Part shown: positions 1 to 10,156 of the stretch, piece by piece
Layout: each line of letters opens with the position of its first letter
Numbering within the stretch: the stretch's first letter is position 1
Source: a virus
Taxonomy: Duplodnaviria; Caudoviricetes
Virus record (IMG/VR): IMGVR_UViG_3300008259_003073
Length of the DNA stretch: 64,000 bases
Reading direction: 5' to 3' (one strand)
Notes under the pieces: generated by a model
Told to the model about the DNA's origin: nothing
Seen by the model: only the letters and a program-made list of their open reading frames with translations
Database searches by the model: none
Program-made: the position numbers and the translations under genes

Positions 1-696
1 CAACCCTACATTAAATACTTGTCCTTTATATTTTTCGTAATTTATAATCATAAATAAAAATGTAAATGCTACATCTTGAATATGAATAAAATTTCTCTTA
101 AAGTTTTTCTCAAATACTACAATGTATTTATCAGTAATTGCTTTATAAACAAAATCGTTTACCAATAAATCGGTTCTCATACGAGGTGATACACCAAATA
201 CAGTTGCCAATCTAAATGTAATTGCCGATGTGGTTGCTCTTAAAAAAGTTTCAGCATCACACTTTGTTTGTCCATACACTGATATAGGTGTTAAAGGTGA
301 ATCTTCGGTGCATTCAGTTTGTCCAACTCCAATACCATAACCACTATTTGTATTTGGATATAAAATTTTTTTATCCTTTGCAAATTTTACTATGTTACAT
401 ATTTGGTCAAAATTGATTTCCCTTGCCAGCTTTGGGTCTGCTGCGCAAGCTGGGAACCCAACAATTGCAGCTAATGGAATTATTACATCAGCTTCATTAC
501 ACAACTTTTCTAAAAGAGATTCATTACGAACATCTCCATATATGAATTTGAATTTAGGATTTGAAGTATATTGTAATAATGAGGTTTGATTAAATAATAG
601 TTTATCCAATACTACTACCTTATAGTTTTGTTCCAATAACATACCAACTAATACAGAACCCAAATAACCTGCACCACCTGTAATTAATACTTTCAT
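1..696 (-). CDS. NAD-dependent epimerase/dehydratase (extended SDR), 3' end runs off window
   Basis: Not in ORF track; hand translation from ATG at 696 gives MKVLITGGAGYLGS (GxxGxxG), later PLAAIVG and YGQTK (YxxxK); open to position 1. Confidence 0.9.
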   Translation of the reverse strand, partial: MKVLITGGAGYLGSVLVGMLLEQNYKVVVLDKLLFNQTSLLQYTSNPKFKFIYGDVRNESLLEKLCNEADVIIPLAAIVGFPACAADPKLAREINFDQICNIVKFAKDKKILYPNTNSGYGIGVGQTECTEDSPLTPISVYGQTKCDAETFLRATTSAITFRLATVFGVSPRMRTDLLVNDFVYKAITDKYIVVFEKNFKRNFIHIQDVAFTFLFMIINYEKYKGQVFNVGL

Positions 697-700
697 AATT

Positions 701-1480
701 TTAAAAATAAATGTTCTTTTCTATGTAAAATTGTGGATAGTTTCCACTAAAACTAACATCCCATACTTTATATCTATTGTAATGGTTAAAATCACATAAA
801 AATGCAAAATTATTTCTATATGGATAATCGTAATTTAATTTTCGTAAATCATTAAAAACTATATGTGAATACTGTTTTTCATAATTATCAATAAAATCTT
901 GAATTTCTTCAATTTTTAATTTTTTGTTTAATACAAACGCCATTTCAAATTCAAAATCTCCAATATGTTGATGTTCCTCTGGTCCAATCATACTACCACA
1001 TCCGAACCAATAGAAAGAATTTTCGTATTTCACTTTTTCACCATCTTCAAATTCAATAATTCCTACCAACTTTCCATTTTTATAGCATTTAATATTTCTT
1101 TCCAAAAAATGGTCACAAATCATAGCGTACTCATTGAATTCATTAGTTTCTTCTGGTAATAATCCGGTAAAAATTTGTTTTGAATACATTTCTGTTTTAC
1201 CATCTATTTCTTTTGAAAACCAATATGTAAATGCAATTGAAACAATTCCCAAATTATCTTTATAAGCAGAAATACCAGAATGCATTCCATTTCTGGCAAT
1301 AGCAAATGATTCTTTATTTTGAGCTACAGTATCAGGAAATATTTTAAACTTTAAGAATAAAGAAAAATCTTCATCCATATGTTTATCAATTCTAGATGAT
1401 ACGGAGTATCTACTTTCCGGCAAAACGAAAAATATATTATCTTTGTTTACTCTTAAACTCATATTTTTATTGTTGAACAA
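701..1480 (-). CDS. Hypothetical protein with probable LamG/concanavalin-like beta-sandwich
   Basis: ORF track 259 aa; FSLFLKFK, KCYKNGKLVG, YFWFGCG-like stretch (SFYWFGCG), LCDFN..VWDVSFSGN resemble Laminin_G_3 elements also seen in neighbours. Confidence 0.55.
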   Translation of the reverse strand: MFNNKNMSLRVNKDNIFFVLPESRYSVSSRIDKHMDEDFSLFLKFKIFPDTVAQNKESFAIARNGMHSGISAYKDNLGIVSIAFTYWFSKEIDGKTEMYSKQIFTGLLPEETNEFNEYAMICDHFLERNIKCYKNGKLVGIIEFEDGEKVKYENSFYWFGCGSMIGPEEHQHIGDFEFEMAFVLNKKLKIEEIQDFIDNYEKQYSHIVFNDLRKLNYDYPYRNNFAFLCDFNHYNRYKVWDVSFSGNYPQFYIEKNIYF

Positions 1481-2874
1481 AAGTTATAAAATTCTTCTAA
1501 TTCAGGAAATGTTTTACAAAAATCAGTTCCTCTACGTTTATCGTGGTTTGAAAAATATTGATAAAAACTATATCTATTTTTCATTTGTTGAGTCGCATCC
1601 TGTGGAGAAATCATCCAATCATAAATTCTTTTTACTTTTTGAACCTCAACATCGGAGTAACCAATGTGTTTTGGGTCAAATGATGGAGCTGCGTAGTAAG
1701 TGATTAATTTAGCCTGGTCAGTTATATATTTAGCATAATCAAATGGAAGTACTTGGACAGTTTGATGTAAAGGGTATCGTAGATATGATGAATCTAAAAA
1801 CACTGCAGAATTCCAATATCTATCAGTGGATGCGTATACATCTTTTAATGTGTAAATATTATGAATTAATTGTTCATAATTAAAAACACTTAACGCATTA
1901 TATGTCGACATGAATGTTATAATAGTTCTTGGGCATTTTGTAAGAATTTTATTTACATTATCCCAAAATTTATTAAATTCTAATCCAGTACGAATGTATT
2001 CTGCTTGCTCTCCCCATGTATCAACCGATGTAAATATGACAATTTCTTTTGCTCTACCTTCATCTTCTATTTTTTGTATCTTTTCGATTAATTTATCTAT
2101 CAACTTATCTGGAACTCCCAAATTAGAATTAATAGCCAGTTTCAATTCAGTATTTGGATTTGGATGTTCTATGATATAATCAAGTACTCCCCAAGTATCT
2201 TTACTCATAAGAGGTTCTCCGCCTGTGATTCTAAATGTATGAAGGTCTCTATACAAATCAGGCCACCATTTCCAAAATGCTTCTACATATGGATTATGTT
2301 CTTTATTTGGAATTGGTAATTTATCTTCGTTTTTCATCCAATCAACGGAATTAAAATTATCCAAAGTTGGGTATGCACCATGCTTTTCAATTTCTTCCAT
2401 CCACGCCGAACTATACGCAGGACCACAATATGAACATTTGAAATTACACGCATTACTAAATGCAACTTCTACATATTTTGGATTAAAATCATCTCTCCAA
2501 TCAGATTGAATAATGTCATTGATAAATGGATAAGACCAACTTTCACCAGATTTAAATATTCTATCCGAAAATCTATCCGAATTATCTTCTACATTCCAAC
2601 AATAATCACATTCAGAAGGTCTTGCTCCCTGTAACATTTCCTTTCTACGAAGTTTCTTATATCTCGTATTATGAAGTGCTGATGGGTTTCTAGCAATTTC
2701 AGTTTCTGAAATTTTATGTGTTTTGGGGTGGTGACATGAATGATTATGTCCACTTTGTAATTGTAGTGTAACTTGCGTCCATTTGGCAGCACACATACCA
2801 GGACCAACCACATTTAACTCGTCTTTAACGCGTAAATAAATTGGATTTTCACTATAAGTTTTATCTTCTGCCAT
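1459..2874 (-). CDS. Radical SAM protein with N-terminal Cys-rich (twitch/SPASM-like) region
   Basis: CNFKCSYC (CxxxCxxC), ITGGEPLM, extra Cys in MCAAKW..SCHHP and CDYCW. Confidence 0.9.
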   Translation of the reverse strand: MAEDKTYSENPIYLRVKDELNVVGPGMCAAKWTQVTLQLQSGHNHSCHHPKTHKISETEIARNPSALHNTRYKKLRRKEMLQGARPSECDYCWNVEDNSDRFSDRIFKSGESWSYPFINDIIQSDWRDDFNPKYVEVAFSNACNFKCSYCGPAYSSAWMEEIEKHGAYPTLDNFNSVDWMKNEDKLPIPNKEHNPYVEAFWKWWPDLYRDLHTFRITGGEPLMSKDTWGVLDYIIEHPNPNTELKLAINSNLGVPDKLIDKLIEKIQKIEDEGRAKEIVIFTSVDTWGEQAEYIRTGLEFNKFWDNVNKILTKCPRTIITFMSTYNALSVFNYEQLIHNIYTLKDVYASTDRYWNSAVFLDSSYLRYPLHQTVQVLPFDYAKYITDQAKLITYYAAPSFDPKHIGYSDVEVQKVKRIYDWMISPQDATQQMKNRYSFYQYFSNHDKRRGTDFCKTFPELEEFYNFCSTIKI

Positions 2875-2878
2875 ATTT

Positions 2879-4345
2879 TTATTTTAAACAATGAACATTT
2901 ATTAATTTGTGTTTATCAAAAATGATTTTAGTACTGATATGTTTATACTTCATATTATTTATACCATCTTTTTTATAATCAATTTTACCTTGCTGCATTT
3001 CTAATACATATCTTCTTTCGTTTCTTGCAGTGGTTTCACCTTTAGCCCATTTTTCAATACCACCTTCTTTAATTAAACCTTCAGTTTCATGTGGTAAACA
3101 GAAAAATTTACCATCTCTTCTATGTGGTAGTATTACATGGGGTATTTGTATTTCTCTTTCTTCAATACCAACATTATACAATACACCATCGTTTAATTCG
3201 GCCTGGTCTATTACAAATTTATCATCAACTATTTCATCAAAGTTATAGTGTAATACCAAACTATCGGTTGAATACTGCTTATGTAATAAATTAACTTCTT
3301 CACCAGTTAACGCTCTATCCCACATTTTAATATCAGCTATTTCACCTTTAAAAAATGCGTTTGGTTCAAATGGTTCAACCGTTGTCGTATGCCCTACATA
3401 AAATGGTTCATTTCCATATCGTTTTAAGTTATACTGATATTCAAACGGTGATTGCGTACCCGTTCCATTTCTAGCATCACTTTCATTTCCATTTAGATAA
3501 AAATGCATTTTCTTTTCCAAATCATCAATTACCATCGTAACCCACGTCCATTCTCCCTCATACCTTTTAAACCATTGGTAGATATGTTCTCTATGAGCAT
3601 TCCATAACATACCAGTATATGCCCTACTATTGTTAAATGATAATCCCCAATCATAACCTGGTTTTCTGAATATAGGATATTCTACGAATTTTCTGTTTGA
3701 ATCACCAATTAACCAAATAGGGACTTTTTCTATTTGTTGGTCTGCCTTTACTAATACAGAAATTGTATGTGAATTGGATATTGCTATTCTATTTTTTTCA
3801 GAAGATGGTATTTTGATGTATGAACTTTTACCATCAAATACTGCTACATTTTTTACTTTAGCGAAATCAATAGTTTGTTTATTAACATATCCTTCCATCA
3901 CACATCTCCAAAACAAATCATCATCTTCCATGCCCCAATCCCAATAATCATTTGAATAACCATTGGTTGCTAAAACTTGCTCTTTTGTAAAAACAACCGC
4001 ACCACCAAAGTATTCCTGATATTTTAATTGGTAATCCGATTGTGAGATACGAACTGCAATGTGTTGTGGATTTTCCATAGGATATGAATAATCACAACTA
4101 TCATCTTCGGGTACCATATCAATATCATGCCAAACTATGTAATCACATCCATCATCAATTGCATGTTTTGCAGCAATGTTTTTCATCAATCCTCTATTGA
4201 ATAGATATTCATCACACTGATGTGCAATATAAATGGTGTGGTCAATTCCTTTCTTTGTTAAGAAATTAGTAACCCAAGGAACAAATTGATTCATATGTTC
4301 CTCTCTGTTTCTATATGGTACGCAGACCCCTAACTTATGCCCCAT
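2879..4345 (-). CDS. GT7 (beta-1,4-galactosyltransferase-like) glycosyltransferase with inserted LamG domain
   Basis: VPYRNREEH, FNRGLMKN, HDIDMVP, YFGG, NGYSNDYWDWGMEDDD; LamG FKGEIADIKMWDRAL; GT7 C-terminus resumes at GKFFCLPH..DGINNMKY. Confidence 0.9.
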   Translation of the reverse strand: MGHKLGVCVPYRNREEHMNQFVPWVTNFLTKKGIDHTIYIAHQCDEYLFNRGLMKNIAAKHAIDDGCDYIVWHDIDMVPEDDSCDYSYPMENPQHIAVRISQSDYQLKYQEYFGGAVVFTKEQVLATNGYSNDYWDWGMEDDDLFWRCVMEGYVNKQTIDFAKVKNVAVFDGKSSYIKIPSSEKNRIAISNSHTISVLVKADQQIEKVPIWLIGDSNRKFVEYPIFRKPGYDWGLSFNNSRAYTGMLWNAHREHIYQWFKRYEGEWTWVTMVIDDLEKKMHFYLNGNESDARNGTGTQSPFEYQYNLKRYGNEPFYVGHTTTVEPFEPNAFFKGEIADIKMWDRALTGEEVNLLHKQYSTDSLVLHYNFDEIVDDKFVIDQAELNDGVLYNVGIEEREIQIPHVILPHRRDGKFFCLPHETEGLIKEGGIEKWAKGETTARNERRYVLEMQQGKIDYKKDGINNMKYKHISTKIIFDKHKLINVHCLK

Positions 4346-4346
4346 T

Positions 4347-5777
4347 TTACAATAATACTGATAGATGATGATAGTTATTCATTGATACATCATTTAATAC
4401 CTGATATAAACAATTGTTTAAACCATCCTTATCTGTGTTATATAATTTAGTTTTAATTTGATTTAAAAATCTTAATTGGTTTATACGAGTTTCTCTATGA
4501 ACCCAGTTTTTCTCATTCCAACTATTTGTTTTATGAGATAATAATTTAAATAAAGATTTTCTTCTATACGGAACCGTCATTTCTCTACCTAATGATTCAT
4601 GTGATTTTATGAAATGGCAATTATTAATTTCACCATTATTACCGTTAAAAGATAAATCTAATAGAGTATTTTCTTTGTAGAATTTAAAATCATAATATAA
4701 TTTTAAATGTTCCGCCGATTTATACGCTCTAAAATTTTCTAATAAAGAATTTTCCAAAACATTATCTGCTAATATAGAAATTTCTTTATCTTTCAATTTA
4801 CAATCGTATATTGCAAATTCAGAAATCATTCCATAAAAAAAGTTTGGGTTAGAATCCCTTTCAGGTGAACCAACGCCTAAATAAAAGTATTCTTCATCTG
4901 AATAATCCTTTGGAGCATTCTTTAGTTTTTCTGTACCTACTAATTCACCATCTTTATAAAAAGAAATTTCATTTTTTTTATAATCAAAAGTTAAACAAAT
5001 TTGAGTAAAATGATTAGTTAGTATTTCTGAATTAATAGAAGTGCAATCATCGGTATCATCCCAAAAATCTACTTTATATCTTCTAAAAGAATTATAACTT
5101 ATATTCGTATCGTATCCAGGTATTGAAAATACAGTATATTCATCATAATCATTATTTGGATTTGATATTATTTCATCAGGTTTAAATGTAATTATTATTG
5201 ATGTATCTTTTTCAAAATCTAATAAGTCTTTCTTTAGTATCCTGATGTAAGAATCATTTCCACTAAAAGATAACCCATATAATTTTTTGGTTTCATTTTT
5301 ACCAATAATTTTTGAATCCAATGGAATGCTCTTTTGATTAACCCTAAATAAAAGGTCATCATCTTCAAACCCCCATCCCCAATATAAATTAGAATATCCA
5401 TTTACTCTTTCAAATGTATCAGAACTAAACATAGTTACACCTCCAAAATAATCATCAAATGATAAGTTTTTGGATTTATCATATTCTAATTCAAAATTGG
5501 TTGCAAGGTGCATGGGTAATTCAGAATAAGAATAATCAACCTCAATTGGTAGCATATCCACATCGTGAAATACAATATATCCACATCCTAATTCTTTTGC
5601 TTTGATATACCCAATATTTAATAACTTCCCTCTATTAAACGGTTTATCATCGGTCTGTTCAACTACGATAATCTCGTGTTTAATTTTTTTGGATTTTAAA
5701 TATGAAGACATAGTTTCACCGAATCGTGCTAAATGCGATTCTCTATCTCTGTATGGTACAATTATTCCTAACTTCAT
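4347..5777 (-). CDS. GT7 glycosyltransferase with inserted LamG domain (paralog 2)
   Basis: VPYRDRESH, FNRGKLLNIG, FHDVDMLP, YFGG, NGYSNLYWGWGFEDDD; LamG FYGMISEFAIYD; C-terminal FKLLSH..DGLNNCLY. Confidence 0.9.
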   Translation of the reverse strand: MKLGIIVPYRDRESHLARFGETMSSYLKSKKIKHEIIVVEQTDDKPFNRGKLLNIGYIKAKELGCGYIVFHDVDMLPIEVDYSYSELPMHLATNFELEYDKSKNLSFDDYFGGVTMFSSDTFERVNGYSNLYWGWGFEDDDLLFRVNQKSIPLDSKIIGKNETKKLYGLSFSGNDSYIRILKKDLLDFEKDTSIIITFKPDEIISNPNNDYDEYTVFSIPGYDTNISYNSFRRYKVDFWDDTDDCTSINSEILTNHFTQICLTFDYKKNEISFYKDGELVGTEKLKNAPKDYSDEEYFYLGVGSPERDSNPNFFYGMISEFAIYDCKLKDKEISILADNVLENSLLENFRAYKSAEHLKLYYDFKFYKENTLLDLSFNGNNGEINNCHFIKSHESLGREMTVPYRRKSLFKLLSHKTNSWNEKNWVHRETRINQLRFLNQIKTKLYNTDKDGLNNCLYQVLNDVSMNNYHHLSVLL

Positions 5778-5782
5778 TTAGA

Positions 5783-6124
5783 TTATACTTTTTCTATATC
5801 TTTTTTAGGTCTTGCTCTACGAGGTGGCGGTAATTCTGCATCATTTTCAATTTGAGCAGGTTCGGTGGGAATACTTCCTTTAAAAGATGTTTCTGAACTA
5901 GATGATGACCCATTTTCTTTTGCAATGTTGTAGAATTCATAAAGATAATACGCAACTCTATCACTCCATTCTGATTTGTTAATTTCTTCAAACCAAATAG
6001 TAAGTGCATCTAAAGAATTGGCAATTTTTTCCAATGCTTTAACTTTTCTAGTTTCCAATACTACCGATTCCAAATTTTGTTCAGGTGTAGTTGTTGTGTC
6101 AGATTGTAACTTAACTTTCGCCAT
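5783..6124 (-). CDS. Hypothetical protein
   Basis: ORF track 113 aa, tightly packed in operon; helical core with low-complexity C-terminus. Confidence 0.7.
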   Translation of the reverse strand: MAKVKLQSDTTTTPEQNLESVVLETRKVKALEKIANSLDALTIWFEEINKSEWSDRVAYYLYEFYNIAKENGSSSSSETSFKGSIPTEPAQIENDAELPPPRRARPKKDIEKV

Positions 6125-6130
6125 TTATTT

Positions 6131-7588
6131 TTATATTTTAATTTGATGCTTATAAACTCCTGTTTTAATTTCTTCTGTTGATACTAAATCATATGATAAT
6201 GTATTTAATCCAAATTTATCAGTATCTAATATATCAGTTGCAATTTCATAAAAGAAAATACCTTCATTTTCTTCAAAAATATCATCTTTTACTTTCCAAC
6301 TATAATTTTGTAATTTAGTGAATTTTTTTGAATTTTCCAAGATTTGAAACCGTCCATTTGATTGTTCTGGCATATCAAATTCATAAGACAGGTTTAATTG
6401 TTCAGAATACAATTCCTGATGTAACCCAGTTGATACTATTCTTGGATTTGAAAATGTTTTAGAATCATCTACATAAAAATCTCCAAACTTTTTATCAAAT
6501 GGTACATTTATAACTGCTTCAAAATTTGTAGTTATTGTATCATTTATTGTTTTATACCCATCGGTGTATAGTTTTAATATTTCGGATTCTGCCAATGGGT
6601 AATCGAATAATAATAGGTTAGATATTTTGCCATTAAATGAATTTTTAAATGCCAAACTACCAATCCACAAATCTTTTCCTTTAAAGTCCATTAAATAATT
6701 TGGTAATCCATCCAGTGCTTGTACAAGTTTGCCATCAATGTATAGACCGGCTTTTTTCTTATCCATATCAACCTTTAATGACAGGTTTATCCATTGATTG
6801 ACATGTGCTTTGTGTGAATACCACATTTGATGTAAACTCTTATTATCATCCCACAATTGAACTACAATTGCATCGTTTTTCATAATAAAAATTCCCATAT
6901 CATAACCTTGTTTCCCAATAATACACGCATCGTTTGATTGATTATCGTTAATGAAAACATTCATTGATATTGTAAATGAATCTTCAAAAATATAATCGGT
7001 TGTTTTGCTTGCTCTTATAAACACACAATTATTTTCATTTGAATCAAAAGGATATATTGTTTTTTTAATATATTTATTTACCTCTTTTACATCTGTTAAA
7101 ACATGCGGTTTATATATATTTTTAGTAAAAAATCTCTTTGCAGATAATAATTTGTGTTTTTTTAATCTATATAAGAAATCTATCCAATGAAAAGAACCTC
7201 CCCAATAATCGTTACTGAACCCGTTTGCTTCGAAGAAATTTTCTTTTGTAATTTTAAAAGCTCCGCCTATCCAATGAGGATACGGTTTTAAATTTGCGGC
7301 TAAATGTGTTGGGTAGTATTCAAAATCATAATTACACGATTCTTGTCTTGGTAGAATATCAATATCGTGGAATATATAATAATCGGAACGATTTTGTGTT
7401 ATATCCGCACCAATATTACACAGTTTTCCATAATTAAAATAAACATCCGCATCTATTTGTTCGATGAAATGTATTTCGTAATCTATTTTATCTTTTAAAA
7501 AGTATTCCATGTGACCCACAAAGGTATACAGGTCTTGTAAACGATTGGAGTACGGTACTATAATTGATAACTTTTTACTATTCGCCAT
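6131..7588 (-). CDS. GT7-LamG paralog 3, catalytic motifs degenerate
   Basis: VPYSNR, FNYGKLCNIG, FHDIDILP retained; WGWGxEDDD replaced by WGGSFHWID; LamG FNGKISNLLLFD; C-terminal FGLNTLSY. Confidence 0.8.
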   Translation of the reverse strand: MANSKKLSIIVPYSNRLQDLYTFVGHMEYFLKDKIDYEIHFIEQIDADVYFNYGKLCNIGADITQNRSDYYIFHDIDILPRQESCNYDFEYYPTHLAANLKPYPHWIGGAFKITKENFFEANGFSNDYWGGSFHWIDFLYRLKKHKLLSAKRFFTKNIYKPHVLTDVKEVNKYIKKTIYPFDSNENNCVFIRASKTTDYIFEDSFTISMNVFINDNQSNDACIIGKQGYDMGIFIMKNDAIVVQLWDDNKSLHQMWYSHKAHVNQWINLSLKVDMDKKKAGLYIDGKLVQALDGLPNYLMDFKGKDLWIGSLAFKNSFNGKISNLLLFDYPLAESEILKLYTDGYKTINDTITTNFEAVINVPFDKKFGDFYVDDSKTFSNPRIVSTGLHQELYSEQLNLSYEFDMPEQSNGRFQILENSKKFTKLQNYSWKVKDDIFEENEGIFFYEIATDILDTDKFGLNTLSYDLVSTEEIKTGVYKHQIKI

Positions 7589-7602
7589 CTTAATAACCTA
7601 TT

Positions 7603-8451
7603 TTATATAGATATAATTTTTTTAAATAATTGTTTCCATTTTGAGTATCCTGAATAATGATAAGTTGGTGATAATTCGAATCCAAATCTCACATCATCCA
7701 ATGGTAATTTAAATCTAAATTTTGCCAATTCTCTATACATTTTTCGATATTCTTCTGAATATGAGTAATCTTTATTTATGTTTGCAACTGCTCTAATTCT
7801 TTCTCCACAAGTACTATCCCATTTAAAATGATGTACTTGCACACTGCATTTGTTAATTGGTGCAATCAGTGGATGATTCCAACCTTGCCATTTCCAAGTA
7901 GTATGTCCGTCTATTTTTGCATAATGCTGTCCGTTTGTAATTTCAACATACCCCTTTGCTATACAAATTTTATTAGGATTAGCACCACTTAACGGAAATC
8001 TAAAAAATCCTGCGTATGGAAACTTTTCAAATATGTCATCCGTATCTAATAATTCAACAAATTCACCATCCTCTCCAATTCTATCTATAAATCCACCTCT
8101 TACCATTTCCCATCCATTTACATCACAATTTGATGTGATACTTCGTAATGAATCCGAATAGACATGGAACTCATCATCATCGGATATTACCCACCAATCG
8201 TTTGGATGAGTTGATTTTACTTCATTGTAAAGTCTTGTTACCTTTTCCCAATTATACTTCTCTTCAATTACCGTTTTTACAATTTTAGCATTTGGAAATT
8301 GAGATACTATGGTTTTAACTTCTGATAAATTAGATTGCTCTTCCCAATCATATACAACAATATACATTTCATCCACTTTATCTTTGTAGTGGTTTAACAT
8401 ATGTTTTAATGTTGTTGTTCTAGAACCTGTTACCGTAACTAATCTAATCAT
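7603..8451 (-). CDS. GT-A fold glycosyltransferase (family 2/92-like)
   Basis: LKHMLNHY..VDEMYIV, WWVISDDDEF (DxD), NKICI, VHHFKW. Confidence 0.75.
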   Translation of the reverse strand: MIRLVTVTGSRTTTLKHMLNHYKDKVDEMYIVVYDWEEQSNLSEVKTIVSQFPNAKIVKTVIEEKYNWEKVTRLYNEVKSTHPNDWWVISDDDEFHVYSDSLRSITSNCDVNGWEMVRGGFIDRIGEDGEFVELLDTDDIFEKFPYAGFFRFPLSGANPNKICIAKGYVEITNGQHYAKIDGHTTWKWQGWNHPLIAPINKCSVQVHHFKWDSTCGERIRAVANINKDYSYSEEYRKMYRELAKFRFKLPLDDVRFGFELSPTYHYSGYSKWKQLFKKIISI

Positions 8452-9206
8452 TTTCTTTTAACTAATGTTAATCCAGTTGATGATGGTTTATTTTTTACTA
8501 TTCCAAAATTGAATAAATCAAATGTTTCCCACTTTGGATTATCTTTAAGTTCTTTAGCAAATGTAATTGGTCCATGCCAATCATCAAAATCACCTCTATC
8601 TTTTACTTCGTTTGTAACAATGTAACTATCTGCATAATTAGGGTCCGTATCGTGGATAGAAATGATACCATTTGGAGAAAGTAACTGCGAATATAGTTCA
8701 AAATCCTCTTTTACATTCTCATAACTATGACCAGCATCTATATGTAAATAATCTATCTGAATATCATTAAGAATAAAGTAATTATGAAAAGCGTCTTCTG
8801 TTGTTTTATTAATAATTCGTGGATGAAATGTTCTTCTGAAAAATGATTCTTCTCTAAACCAATTTACATGTCCACCAATACCGTTCATAGCATCAACAAC
8901 ATAAGTAACACCAATATCTCCCCAATTTAAATCAGAATTTCCTTCAAAAATGCCTTGTTTATGTAAATCGTAACGAGCCTGTGTCATTAATCTAGGTACA
9001 AATCCTCCACCTGAACCTAAACATACACAAGTTTTTGCTCTCATATACTGAATAAGAGAATAGATTATTAAACCATCTCCTAAATGATTATCAGTTGCTC
9101 CATGTGACCATCTATACGGAACTGGAACTTCTTCTTGCTCCTGATATTCGTTATATTCTAAATTGTTTGTTAGATAATTCTTTAAGTATTGTAAATCTTG
9201 TAGCAT
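8448..9206 (-). CDS. Class I SAM-dependent methyltransferase (Methyltransf_24-like)
   Basis: VCLGSGGG, IDYLHIDAGHSYENVKEDF..LSPNGIISIHD. Confidence 0.85.
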   Translation of the reverse strand: MLQDLQYLKNYLTNNLEYNEYQEQEEVPVPYRWSHGATDNHLGDGLIIYSLIQYMRAKTCVCLGSGGGFVPRLMTQARYDLHKQGIFEGNSDLNWGDIGVTYVVDAMNGIGGHVNWFREESFFRRTFHPRIINKTTEDAFHNYFILNDIQIDYLHIDAGHSYENVKEDFELYSQLLSPNGIISIHDTDPNYADSYIVTNEVKDRGDFDDWHGPITFAKELKDNPKWETFDLFNFGIVKNKPSSTGLTLVKRK

Positions 9207-9233
9207 TAGATTAGTTGATAAAGTAAAGTGAAT

Positions 9234-9264
9234 ACAATATACTAAAAAAAATCTAAATTTACAA
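9234..9264 (-). promoter_or_regulatory. Bacteroidota-type primary-sigma promoter
   Basis: Minus strand TTG-N20-TATATTGT upstream of methyltransferase. Confidence 0.65.
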
Positions 9265-9268
9265 CACT

Positions 9269-10156
9269 TTATTCATTTATTTTAGTATGATATTTTTCTA
9301 CATCATCTTTAATTTTTGGCCATAGGAAATTTGTAAAGAAATCAATTGATTGTTCTTTTGATGGATGAAACCAACCACCCAACATTGTTTGATTTTTGTT
9401 GGCAAAGTATTCCAATATACCACCTCCAAATCCTTTTATCCTAACATCATCGGTAAATATAAATTTATCAAAATCAATTTTTTCTAATAGTTCTGGTATT
9501 ATATCTGCTTCAAACCAAGAATTTTCAAATGGTTCTAATTTATCAAATAAACTTTCTGTTTTTAATGTAGCGTAATTTCCTGTATCCACATCAGCTCTTT
9601 TTTGAAGATTATATAATTTGTCTACCGCAACATCCATTTGAAACAAATTACCAATTGTAATCATTTTATATGGTATATTTTTTTCTTTAAAATACTGTTG
9701 AGTGTGATATATACTTTCTAATGTTTGTAATATAGCACCATATATTGAATAATAATTTTCAAAAAATTCTTTCCCATACCCAAATATATCAGTTCCATTT
9801 AACATATAGTTTATTTTACCAATTCTTTCAGGATGCATACTCATTCTTGGAAAATTTTTTGCTCTATCTTCGTTTACAAATACAGGATAATCCCATCTAT
9901 CGATTGTAGACCATTGAACTATTGCATAATCTACATTCGAGTGTGGTTTAGTTGGATTTTTGTAATGTGGTGAATTTAAAAATCTGAATACCTTTCTTCG
10001 CATTATATCATTTCCAGAACCACCACATGCTGCATTATACACATCAAACGGGTCTGATGTTTTTTTTGGATTAAATAAGGAATATCCTTCCATTTCAAAC
10101 CCAATAGGCCAGTTTTCATCTCCTGCAGTAAAAGAGCATCCGTTTATTAATATCAT
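9269..10156 (-). CDS. SGNH/GDSL-like protein
   Basis: ILINGCSFTAG, ACGGSGND, VQWSTIDR, C-terminal HPSKEQ. Confidence 0.65.
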   Translation of the reverse strand: MILINGCSFTAGDENWPIGFEMEGYSLFNPKKTSDPFDVYNAACGGSGNDIMRRKVFRFLNSPHYKNPTKPHSNVDYAIVQWSTIDRWDYPVFVNEDRAKNFPRMSMHPERIGKINYMLNGTDIFGYGKEFFENYYSIYGAILQTLESIYHTQQYFKEKNIPYKMITIGNLFQMDVAVDKLYNLQKRADVDTGNYATLKTESLFDKLEPFENSWFEADIIPELLEKIDFDKFIFTDDVRIKGFGGGILEYFANKNQTMLGGWFHPSKEQSIDFFTNFLWPKIKDDVEKYHTKINE

